Shown: positions 1-7,598 of the stretch, piece by piece | Layout: every line of letters begins with the position of its first letter | Numbering within the stretch: position 1 is the stretch's first letter | Source: Christensenellaceae bacterium | Lineage (GTDB): Bacteria > Bacillota > Clostridia > Christensenellales > CAG-138 | NCBI GenBank assembly: GCA_963665375.2 | Contig: CAXXUL010000001.1 | Coordinates: 613,938 to 637,937 of the forward strand | Direction of reading: 5' to 3' | DNA length: 24,000 bases | Notes under the pieces: model-generated | Seen by the model: only the letters and a program-made list of their open reading frames with translations | Told to the model about the DNA's origin: nothing | The model's database searches: none | Position numbers and translations under genes: made by a program

Positions 1-160
1 CGTTGATGAAGCGAGCTTTCCGGGAGAGGTCGTAGATGTAACTCGTGTCGTCGTCAATAAAGATCGTGTTCCCTTTTGCCGTCAGGACAGACTTGTTTGC
101 CATTTCGAGAATCTGCTTGGTCTTTCCTGTGCCCTTTTCGCCGAAGATGACTCCAATCAA
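1..160 (-). CDS. P-loop NTPase of unknown function (N-terminal part; gene runs off the left edge)
   Basis: Reverse strand reads (TTG start) M-I-G-V-I-F-G-E-K-G-T-G-K-T-K-Q-I-L-E-M-A-N..., a Walker A motif (GEKGTGKT) near the N-terminus. AAGGAGG lies about 9 nt upstream of the TTG at 160. An in-frame ATG at 190 is possible, but a TATAAT-like box overlaps it. Confidence 0.7.
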   Translation of the reverse strand, partial: MIGVIFGEKGTGKTKQILEMANKSVLTAKGNTIFIDDDTSYIYDLSRKARFIN

Positions 161-290
161 AGCCGTGGCCCTCCTTGTGCTTTTTTTCATTATAAGCCCT
201 TGGCGGCAACCAGCGCAAGCGATTCGACTAAGTTTCACCCATATATAGAAATTCGACAAAAGCAAACCACAATTGTTCTCATTTGATAAA

Positions 291-326
291 CAAAAAATGC
301 GCCCGCAATACTGACCCACGGGCGCA
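291..326 (-). terminator. Rho-independent terminator downstream of the purine nucleoside phosphorylase gene
   Basis: TGCGCCCG (298-305) pairs with CGGGCGCA (319-326). The A-run at 292-297 gives a U-tract on the minus-strand transcript. Confidence 0.8.
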
Positions 327-350
327 ATGGATTTTGTTATTATTGATCAA

Positions 351-1166
351 TCAAAATACGGCTTCTACAATCTGATCGACCAGTTTGGTGAATTTTTCCG
401 AGGCGATCGCCGCCGTTTCCTGAACCTCTTCATGCGTCAACTTTTGATCCAGAATCCCCGCCGCCATATTGGTAATCAGCGAAATACCGATCGACTGAAT
501 ACCGCAGTGCGCGGCGGTAATCGCCTCCGGCACCGTAGACATACCGACCGCGGAAGCGCCGACGGTTCGCGCGAACACAATCTCCGCCGGGGACTCAAAC
601 GAAGGCCCGGAGAACATCATATAAACGCCTTCCTGTAGCGGCACGCCGATGGTTTGCGCCGTAGCGCGAACCCTTTGCCGAAGATCGCGGTCGTATACGT
701 TGGATTGATCCGGAAAGCGCGGGCCAAAGTCGTCGTCATTCGGCCCGATCAACGGATGCGAGCCGGAGAAATTGATATGATCGGAGATCAGCATCAAGTC
801 TCCCGGCGCAAATTCGAGATTCACGCCGCCCGCCGCGTTGGTTAACAGCAGCTTCTCCACACCGAGGCGCTTCATTACGCGCACCGCAAGCGCAATTTGT
901 GATTGCGGATACCCTTCGTAATAATGAAACCTGCCCTGCATACAGATGACCGTCTTGCCGAAGAGTTCTCCGATGACAAATCGGCCTTTATGCCCTTCTA
1001 CGCGTGACTGCGGAAATCCCGGCAGATCGCTATAGTTCACAAAGCGCTTGTTTTCGATCCTCTCCGCATAACCACCAAGACCAGAGCCGAGGATCAGCCC
1101 GATCTTGCAGTTTCCTCCGCAAAGCGGGGAAAGGATTTCGACCGCGCGTTCGACTGCTTCATTCAT
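351..1166 (-). CDS. punA: Purine-nucleoside phosphorylase (class II trimeric type)
   Basis: 271 aa ORF with LILGSGLGG, GRFHYYEGY, LLLTNAAGG, VYMMFSGPSFESPAE, AVGMSTVPE and ISLITNMAAG motifs. Confidence 0.95.
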   Translation of the reverse strand: MNEAVERAVEILSPLCGGNCKIGLILGSGLGGYAERIENKRFVNYSDLPGFPQSRVEGHKGRFVIGELFGKTVICMQGRFHYYEGYPQSQIALAVRVMKRLGVEKLLLTNAAGGVNLEFAPGDLMLISDHINFSGSHPLIGPNDDDFGPRFPDQSNVYDRDLRQRVRATAQTIGVPLQEGVYMMFSGPSFESPAEIVFARTVGASAVGMSTVPEAITAAHCGIQSIGISLITNMAAGILDQKLTHEEVQETAAIASEKFTKLVDQIVEAVF

Positions 1167-1169
1167 GCG

Positions 1170-2366
1170 TTATGCCTCGTAGATGTCGCCAAGGAAGCTC
1201 GTGCCTACGTTCCATTTTTCACCCGTGAGATAATCCAACACCGTAGCGCCGATATCCGCAAACGTCTTTCTCGTGCCGAGATTCACGTTTGCTTTCACGT
1301 GTTTACCGGTCACCACAAGCGGGATGTACTCTCTCGAGTGATCCGTGCTCGGTGTGGTGGGATCGCACCCGTGATCCGCCGTAATCATCAGGATATCGTC
1401 CTCGCACATCGCGTCCAAGATGCGCGGCAGCGCTGCGTCAAACGTCTCCAATGCAGTCGCATACCCTTCCACATCGTTGCGGTGACCATAGAGCATATCA
1501 AAATCGACCAGATTGGTGAAGATGAAATCTCCCGTGCCTTGTTCCAGAAAACGCACTGTTGCGTCGATACCCGTGTGGTTGTTCTTGGTGTGGTCAACGA
1601 TGGTGACGCCTCTGTGGCAGAAGATATCCTCGATCTTGCCGACGCCGACGACATCCTTCCCTCGCTTGACCAGTGCATCTAGAACGGTATCGGTAAACGG
1701 TTCCACCGCATAATCCTTGCGGTTTTCGGTGCGCTTGTATGCGCCGCTCGTTCCTTCAAACGGGCGGGCGATCACGCGTCCAACGAGATAGTGATCGTCG
1801 TTGAGCAGTTCGCGCGCAACTTCGCAGATTCGGTAGAGTTCCGGCAGCGGGATCACGCCTTCGTGCGCCGCAATCTGGAACACGCTGTCCGCGGAGGTGT
1901 AGACGATGGGTTTGCCGGTCTTCACGTGTTCGTCACCCAAACGGGCGATGATCTCCGTTCCGCTGGCGACTTCGTTTCCGATGGTGCCGCGTCCAATCTT
2001 CGCCTCAAATTCGCGCAAAAACTCCTCTGGAAATCCGTTTGGATACGTTTTAAACGCCTGTTTGAGCGGCAGTCCCGCCATCTCCCAGTGTCCGCAGGTG
2101 GTGTCCTTCGCTTTGGTTAGTTCTGCAAGGCGACCATATGCCCCCGTCGGTGTGAGACCGAGGGAATCGAGCCTGCTGTTTTCGATGGCGGCGAGTCCCA
2201 GCGCCGTCATATTCGGCATGTCGAGTTTGCCGCGCACTTTTCGGATATTGCCGAGCGTATGGGAGCCGACGTCGCCAAACTCCGCGGCGTCCGGTTGCTC
2301 GCCGATGCCGACGCTGTCGAGTACAATTACGATCGCGCGTTTATGATTCATTTGTTTTGTTTCCAT
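1170..2366 (-). CDS. deoB: Phosphopentomutase
   Basis: 398 aa ORF: IVLDSVGIGEQPDAAEFGD, TTCGHWEMAG, YTSADSVFQIAAHE, NLVDFDMLYGHRND, ITADHGCDPTTPSTDHSRE metal-site motifs. GAGGGG precedes the ATG. Confidence 0.96.
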   Translation of the reverse strand: METKQMNHKRAIVIVLDSVGIGEQPDAAEFGDVGSHTLGNIRKVRGKLDMPNMTALGLAAIENSRLDSLGLTPTGAYGRLAELTKAKDTTCGHWEMAGLPLKQAFKTYPNGFPEEFLREFEAKIGRGTIGNEVASGTEIIARLGDEHVKTGKPIVYTSADSVFQIAAHEGVIPLPELYRICEVARELLNDDHYLVGRVIARPFEGTSGAYKRTENRKDYAVEPFTDTVLDALVKRGKDVVGVGKIEDIFCHRGVTIVDHTKNNHTGIDATVRFLEQGTGDFIFTNLVDFDMLYGHRNDVEGYATALETFDAALPRILDAMCEDDILMITADHGCDPTTPSTDHSREYIPLVVTGKHVKANVNLGTRKTFADIGATVLDYLTGEKWNVGTSFLGDIYEA

Positions 2367-2425
2367 GCTGTTCCCCTCATCATATACGTTAAAATTGATT
2401 GAGTCTTATATCATTGGATTGCGAT

Positions 2426-2444
2426 AGATGAACAAAGTTCATCT
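2426..2444. promoter_or_regulatory. Perfect 8-3-8 palindrome in the deoB 5' region (candidate operator)
   Basis: AGATGAAC-AAA-GTTCATCT directly in sequence, immediately downstream of the predicted promoter. Confidence 0.6.
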
Positions 2445-2450
2445 TCCTAT

Positions 2451-2479
2451 AGTTTAGTCTGTATTTGACATTGCGTCAA
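2451..2479 (-). promoter_or_regulatory. Predicted sigma-A-type promoter for deoB-punA
   Basis: Minus strand TTGACG (2479-2474) - 17 nt - TAAACT (2456-2451). Confidence 0.55.
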
Positions 2480-2549
2480 TGAAGCTGAGTGACGTGGTTA
2501 CGCTCCGGCGTTGCGCGATGTTGAATTTTGTTTCATTCACAAAGAGATA

Positions 2550-2576
2550 GCAAAAGCCGCACTCAACGCGCGGCTT
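2550..2576 (-). terminator. Probable terminator downstream of the spo0A-like gene
   Basis: AAGCCGC (2554-2560) pairs with GCGGCTT (2570-2576). A short U-run (4 nt) follows on the minus strand. Confidence 0.6.
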
Positions 2577-2585
2577 CTCTTCTCA

Positions 2586-3344
2586 TCAGCGTTTCAGGTA
2601 GGTCAAAGCTCTCTGCGCCATCATGGCGACAAATTCTAGATTGCTAGGCTTGCCCTTATAGTCCTGCTTCGTATAACCGAAATATTCCCGGATAGTATCG
2701 ATGTTTCCGCGTGTCCAGGCGATCTCAATCGCGTTTCGCACGGCGTGTTCCACAAGCGGCGGACGCGTGTTGTAAATCTTCGCCACTGTCGGGTAGATGT
2801 CGTTCGTGATGCTTAAGTCGACCGGGGATTCGCTCATGGCATAGATTCGAATCGCATCCCGCAAGTAATAATATCCCTTGAGATGCGCGGGAATCCCGAT
2901 TGCGCGAATACCGGCCGCAATCTGGCTCTCCAAAATGTCGAGCACGTCGTCCGCTTTTTCGGTCTCGCGCTCGTATAAGCGCAGAAATTCTAGAACCCTC
3001 AGTTGCACCAGATCGTATTTGAGCGGCTTGGTAAAGCAATAGATGACCCGATCTTTGATGATTTGCAGCAGTCGGTCGTCCGCAAGCGCCGTGGTGACAA
3101 ACACCAGCGGCCTTCGGTCTTCGTTGAGTTTGCCGATGAAATCCAGTACGCTGATGCCGTCCAAATCACGTAAAAACAGGTCGAGAATCAGAATATCGAC
3201 ATTCTGCGCAAATATGGTGTCAATCGTGTCGCGCCCCGTGAATACGCTCGGGAGCAGGCGAATTTCTTCCAGTTGCTGAAAGACCGCTTCAATTCCTTTT
3301 GCATCCGCGGTATTGTTGCTTGCGATTAACAAATTCTTCTTCAT
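2586..3344 (-). CDS. spo0A: Spo0A-like response regulator with divergent receiver domain
   Basis: C-terminal half matches the Spo0A effector domain (GIPAHLKGYYYLRDAI..., YPTVAKIYNTRPPLVEHAVRNAIEIAWTRGNIDTIREYFGYT..KGKPSNLEFVAMMA). N-terminal half is receiver-like (DILILDLFLRDLDG, FVTT, FTKPL). It also sits beside recN. Confidence 0.88.
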   Translation of the reverse strand: MKKNLLIASNNTADAKGIEAVFQQLEEIRLLPSVFTGRDTIDTIFAQNVDILILDLFLRDLDGISVLDFIGKLNEDRRPLVFVTTALADDRLLQIIKDRVIYCFTKPLKYDLVQLRVLEFLRLYERETEKADDVLDILESQIAAGIRAIGIPAHLKGYYYLRDAIRIYAMSESPVDLSITNDIYPTVAKIYNTRPPLVEHAVRNAIEIAWTRGNIDTIREYFGYTKQDYKGKPSNLEFVAMMAQRALTYLKR

Positions 3345-3424
3345 GCACTCTCCCGAAGCATAAGACCATTCATTCTTTCGAACGATGTTTTGAGGTTTCT
3401 AATTATTTTGATCGATTCATCCGG

Positions 3425-5131
3425 TTAAAATGCGCGACGAACATTCTCTTCCGCGGCGTCGATGAGTTGCTTTGCATGCTCCAGCGCAACCAGGTCGGTT
3501 CCAGAGCTGCCCATAATGCGGGCGATCTCCCGCGCGCGCTGCTCTGAGGTGAGTAGAATCGCGTTTGAGCGCGTGTGCTCTCCCGTTTCTTCTTTATACA
3601 CCAGATATTGCTGGTTTGCATAAGCCGCAATCTGCGGCAGGTGAGTGATGCACAGCACCTGATGATTCCTTGCAATCTGTCGCATCTTGACCGCGACCGC
3701 GGTGCCGATTTGCCCGCTGATGCCGCTATCGATCTCGTCAAACACCATCGTGGAAATTCCGTCGAGGTCTGCCAGCACGCACTTAAACGAGAGCATGATG
3801 CGCGAGAGTTCACCGCCGGACGCCACCTTGCTGAGCGGCTTGACCGGCTCCCCGCGGTTGGTGGAGAGCAAAAACTCCACATCGTCGATACCGCTTGCGG
3901 AAGGAATCTCGCCGGAGAGCGTTTCAAAGCGCGCGGTAAACGCGGCATGCGGCATACCAAGGTCGGAAAGCTCCGGCAACAGTCGCGCGCTGAGGCGCTC
4001 CGACGCGGCTTTTCGCAGCTCGGATAGCGCTGCGCTCTCCGCGTCGTACTCGGCTTTCGACAATGCATATTCTTTCGCGAGCTGTTCTCTGCGTTCCTCG
4101 GCGTTGTCAATGAGATCCAGCTCACTCACGCATTTTTCGCGATAGGCAAGTATCTCCGCGATACTCGCGCCATACTTTCTCTTGAGCGTGGAGATCAATT
4201 CCAGACGGGTTTCTATTTCGTCCAGCATCCCCGGCTCAAAGGAAAAATCCGCACGATAGTCGCGGAGCGTATAGCTCGCGTCCTCCAAATCGTAATACAG
4301 CGCATGTAGTTTTTCCGATAGTTGCTGATAATCCGCGCGCAGTGTCGAGATGCCGTCCAGCATATGCAGCGCAATGCTAAGGGACGCGAGCGCGCCGCCG
4401 TTTTCCGCCTCTTCACCGCTTAGAGCTGCATTTGCTCCCTCGAGGCCTTCCATCACGGCCTGCGCGTTTTGCAGCAATCCCCGTTGTTCCTCGAGCTGCT
4501 CTTCTTCGCCGTCGTTCAGCATAGCCGCGTCGATTTCCCGTATTTGATAAGTCAACAGATCGATTCTGCGGATGCGCTCCTGCTCGTTGAACTGCGCGGC
4601 GGAGAGAAGCCGCCTCGCCTCCGTTGCTTTGTGATACGCCGCCGTTACCCGTGCCTTTTTTTCCAGCGCTTCTTTACCGGCAAAGCGATCCAGCAACAGA
4701 ATGTGTTTCTTTTCATCCAATAGCGATTGGTGCGCATGCTGCCCGTGGATATCGACCAGCGCATCGCCGATGAGTTTGAGTGCGCTCGCGTTGATCAGCA
4801 TGCCGTTTGCGCGACAGACATTCTTCCCGCTGAGCGAAAACTCGCGGTAGAGTGTCAGCTCGTTCTCCTCGCAGTCGATTCCCTGCTCGGATAGCACCTC
4901 TAGCACGGGTTCGTCCGCTTGCAGGCGGAAGGTCGCCTCTACGCTCGCTTTTTCCTCGCCGGATTTCACGAGTTCGCGGCTTGCGCGCTCGCCCAAAACA
5001 AAATTGAGCGCTTCAATAATAATGGATTTTCCTGCGCCGGTTTCACCCGTCAGCACGGAAAACCCATCGAAGAACTCAATCAACTGTTGATCGATTAAAG
5101 CTACGTTACGAATGGATAATTGCTTCAGCAA
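3425..5131 (-). CDS. recN: DNA repair protein RecN
   Basis: LSIRNVALIDQQLIEFFDGFSVLTGETGAGKSIIIEAL, FDEIDSGISGQIGTAVAVKM, QVLCITHLPQIAAYANQQYLV. The ORF is open to 5242, but a TTG at 5131 preceded by AGGAGG fits the RecN N-terminus best (568 aa). Confidence 0.94.
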   Translation of the reverse strand: MLKQLSIRNVALIDQQLIEFFDGFSVLTGETGAGKSIIIEALNFVLGERASRELVKSGEEKASVEATFRLQADEPVLEVLSEQGIDCEENELTLYREFSLSGKNVCRANGMLINASALKLIGDALVDIHGQHAHQSLLDEKKHILLLDRFAGKEALEKKARVTAAYHKATEARRLLSAAQFNEQERIRRIDLLTYQIREIDAAMLNDGEEEQLEEQRGLLQNAQAVMEGLEGANAALSGEEAENGGALASLSIALHMLDGISTLRADYQQLSEKLHALYYDLEDASYTLRDYRADFSFEPGMLDEIETRLELISTLKRKYGASIAEILAYREKCVSELDLIDNAEERREQLAKEYALSKAEYDAESAALSELRKAASERLSARLLPELSDLGMPHAAFTARFETLSGEIPSASGIDDVEFLLSTNRGEPVKPLSKVASGGELSRIMLSFKCVLADLDGISTMVFDEIDSGISGQIGTAVAVKMRQIARNHQVLCITHLPQIAAYANQQYLVYKEETGEHTRSNAILLTSEQRAREIARIMGSSGTDLVALEHAKQLIDAAEENVRRAF

Positions 5132-5261
5132 AGACGACGCCCTCCTGTTTCGAGCATCTTCCGAAAAAGAAATACAAATCCTTCTCTTTTTTACGCTCAC
5201 GTGATAAGCCTGCCAAGCGGAGGCTCGGTCAAACGATCTCACGCGCTGAGAAAGAACGCGT

Positions 5262-5711
5262 TTACTTCAGCATCTTCTGAAATTTCTTGATGATGTCGCC
5301 AACGCTCTTTGCGTCCCGCACGGCGATAAAAATGGTATTATCTCCCGCGATGGAACCCAGGATATCCGGCCACTTGAGCGTATCGACCGCTTCCGCGGCG
5401 GCGTTTGCGCTGCCCGCGATAGTCTTGATGACGATCAGGTTGCCTGCGCTTGTCACCGAAAGAACGCAGTTGCTGAACATACGAATAAAGCGCTCCTGCA
5501 AATCCGCCTCGGCTTTCTCCACCGTTGCGTAGCGATAGCGCCCCTCCGGCGTGAGCACCTTGATCAGCCGCAGTTCCTTGATGTCTCGCGATACGGTCGC
5601 CTGCGTGACGGAAAAGCCATGATCACGCAGCTTTCCGGCGAGCTCTTCCTGCGTCTCGACGTTTTCCGATGCGATGAGTTTGGAAATCATGTCATGCCGT
5701 TTTGCTTTCAT
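5262..5711 (-). CDS. argR: Arginine repressor
   Basis: 149 aa from ATG 5711: MKAKRHDMISKLIASENVETQEELAGKLRDHGFSVTQATVSRDIKELRLIKV..., C-terminal GSIAGDNTIFIAVRD. The ORF track start at 5831 looks over-extended. Confidence 0.93.
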   Translation of the reverse strand: MKAKRHDMISKLIASENVETQEELAGKLRDHGFSVTQATVSRDIKELRLIKVLTPEGRYRYATVEKAEADLQERFIRMFSNCVLSVTSAGNLIVIKTIAGSANAAAEAVDTLKWPDILGSIAGDNTIFIAVRDAKSVGDIIKKFQKMLK

Positions 5712-5909
5712 GTTTGAATCCTCATTACAAATGAAATATAAGTTCAGTGTTCTGATCCGGCTCGCTCTCGTGGCGGTCTCATGCGTTTCTGTTTCGTTGC
5801 GATCGGAACACTTGCCGCAGACACACAGCAAGCGTGCAACGATTTTTGATCGGCTTAGTGTTACGGATACTTCAGTACTCAGGATCGTGCTGTTGTTTCC
5901 TGCGCGCTC

Positions 5910-6701
5910 TTACGTGAGTTTCTGTCGGATAAGTTCGAATACGTTTTGCTCTCGAAAGCGAATAAATCGAACGCGAAGATTGGATCGGGTGATGCTGATG
6001 CAGTCGTTGGGGTTGACGCGGCTGAGCTTGATGCCGTCTCCGGAGACAAACCCTTCGCCGTTGACGTGGAACGTCCAGATCGCGTCCGGCGCGCTCACGA
6101 TCGGGCGAATGTGCAGCGTGTGCGAGCATACCGTGGTAACGATGATGCTGTCGAGATTTTGCGTGACCACAGGGCCGCCCGCAGAGAGATTGTATGCTGT
6201 GCTGCCGGTCGGCGTCGAGGCGATAATGCCATCTGAGAAGACAGAGCCTACCGATTGCCCGTCGCAATACATATCGATCTGAATCGTGCCGGAAAACGAT
6301 TGTTTGGAGATTAAAACATCGTTGAGGCAGCTGGCAAACGGTGCGCCGTTGATGCTGCATAACAGCGTCATGCGCTCCTCAATCCGATAGTCTCCCCGTT
6401 GAATGTTTGTGATCGCTGCGGCAAACTCGTCCAACGCAATTTCGCTTAAAAAACCAATCCGGCCAAGGTTGACGCCCAGCAGAGGGATATCTCTCTGCGC
6501 CGCGGCGGAAGCGAATCGAAGCAACGTTCCGTCTCCGCCGATAACGACCAAAAGATCCGGTGCGGGCTGCTCCGCAATCAGCGCGGCTACGCTATCCAGC
6601 GCGACCGTTTTCTCACCCAGAGCGGATGCCTGCTTCATCAAACGGACGCGATACTCGGCGATGCCTTCCTTTTCCAGATTGCCAGCAAAGCCGATTTTCA
6701 T
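5910..6701 (-). CDS. nadK: NAD kinase
   Basis: 263 aa; GGDGTLLRFA, GVNLGRIGFLSE, DGIIASTPTGSTAYNLSAGGP motifs. Confidence 0.94.
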   Translation of the reverse strand: MKIGFAGNLEKEGIAEYRVRLMKQASALGEKTVALDSVAALIAEQPAPDLLVVIGGDGTLLRFASAAAQRDIPLLGVNLGRIGFLSEIALDEFAAAITNIQRGDYRIEERMTLLCSINGAPFASCLNDVLISKQSFSGTIQIDMYCDGQSVGSVFSDGIIASTPTGSTAYNLSAGGPVVTQNLDSIIVTTVCSHTLHIRPIVSAPDAIWTFHVNGEGFVSGDGIKLSRVNPNDCISITRSNLRVRFIRFREQNVFELIRQKLT

Positions 6702-6733
6702 CGTTTTCGCTCCAAAAAAATTAATATGCTCAT

Positions 6734-6762
6734 ATTATACGGCCTCATTTATAAAAATACAA
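6734..6762 (-). promoter_or_regulatory. Predicted promoter upstream of nadK (internal to the cluster)
   Basis: Minus strand TTGTAT (6762-6757) - 17 nt - TATAAT (6739-6734). Confidence 0.6.
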
Positions 6763-6785
6763 GAGAAATTATGAATATGTATGCT

Positions 6786-7598
6786 TTATATACACGAATT
6801 GTGCGCGTCCTGAACGACTGAAACGGCTATGTTATGGTCGATTTCGGTTGCGCTGTGATCATCTTGTATGCATTTTTCCAGAAAAACGAGAAACTCGATA
6901 TTTCCTTTCGGTCCGCGAATCGGTGAATATGACAACCCTTTTACACAAAATCCCGCATCCCGCGCGACGGATAAGATGCGATCGATGACCTCGATATGCG
7001 TCGCCTGTTCCGAAACTACACCGTGCTTGCCAACCTTATTCTTCCCCGCCTCAAACTGCGGTTTGATGAGGGCTGCAACCTGTCCGCCATCCTTCAGGCA
7101 GGAAAAGAGCGGCGGCAGAATCTTATCGAGCGAAATAAACGAAACATCGATGGAAGCGAAGTCTAGCCCTTCTTCAAACCACGCGGGTTCCATGAACCGC
7201 GCGTTTGTGCGCTCCATCACGGCTACGCGAGCATCGCTTCTGAGTTTCCAGTCGAGTTGACCGTAACCGACGTCGATGGCGTAGACCTTTACGGCTCCGT
7301 GCTGCAGCATGCAGTCCGTAAATCCGCCCGTGGATGCGCCAATATCCGCGCAAATCTTTCCTTCCAGCGCGATGGGAAACGTCTCCATCGCTTTTTGCAG
7401 CTTGTAACCGCCGCGGCTCACATATGGGCAGGTGTCTCCACGCACGACAAGTTGCGTCTCTTCGGTTACAAATTGACCGGCCTTTTCCGCCTTGACTTCG
7501 CCTAAATACACCTGACCCGCGAGCACGAGCGCATGCGCTTCTTCGCGGCTTTTCGCAAGTCCCCGTTCAAATAGCGCAACATCCAGCCGTGTCTTCAT
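6786..7598 (-). CDS. tlyA: TlyA family RNA methyltransferase / hemolysin-like protein
   Basis: 270 aa from ATG 7598: S4-like N-terminus (MKTRLDVALFERGLAKSREEAHALVLAGQVYLG), YVSRGGYKLQKA, CADIGASTGGFTDCMLQHGA, YAIDVGYGQL, IDVSFISLDKI, ALIKPQFEA. Conserved neighbourhood. Confidence 0.92.
   Translation of the reverse strand: MKTRLDVALFERGLAKSREEAHALVLAGQVYLGEVKAEKAGQFVTEETQLVVRGDTCPYVSRGGYKLQKAMETFPIALEGKICADIGASTGGFTDCMLQHGAVKVYAIDVGYGQLDWKLRSDARVAVMERTNARFMEPAWFEEGLDFASIDVSFISLDKILPPLFSCLKDGGQVAALIKPQFEAGKNKVGKHGVVSEQATHIEVIDRILSVARDAGFCVKGLSYSPIRGPKGNIEFLVFLEKCIQDDHSATEIDHNIAVSVVQDAHNSCI

Noticed and set aside
3403-4125. 240 aa minus-strand ORF overlapping recN in another frame
   Set aside because: Ser/Arg-rich low-complexity out-of-frame reading inside recN.
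5712-5909. About 200-bp gap between nadK stop and argR start, inspected for a missing small gene or a truncated gene
   Set aside because: No convincing ORF with SD or motif. The argR frame stays open through part of it, but family alignment favours the start at 5711.
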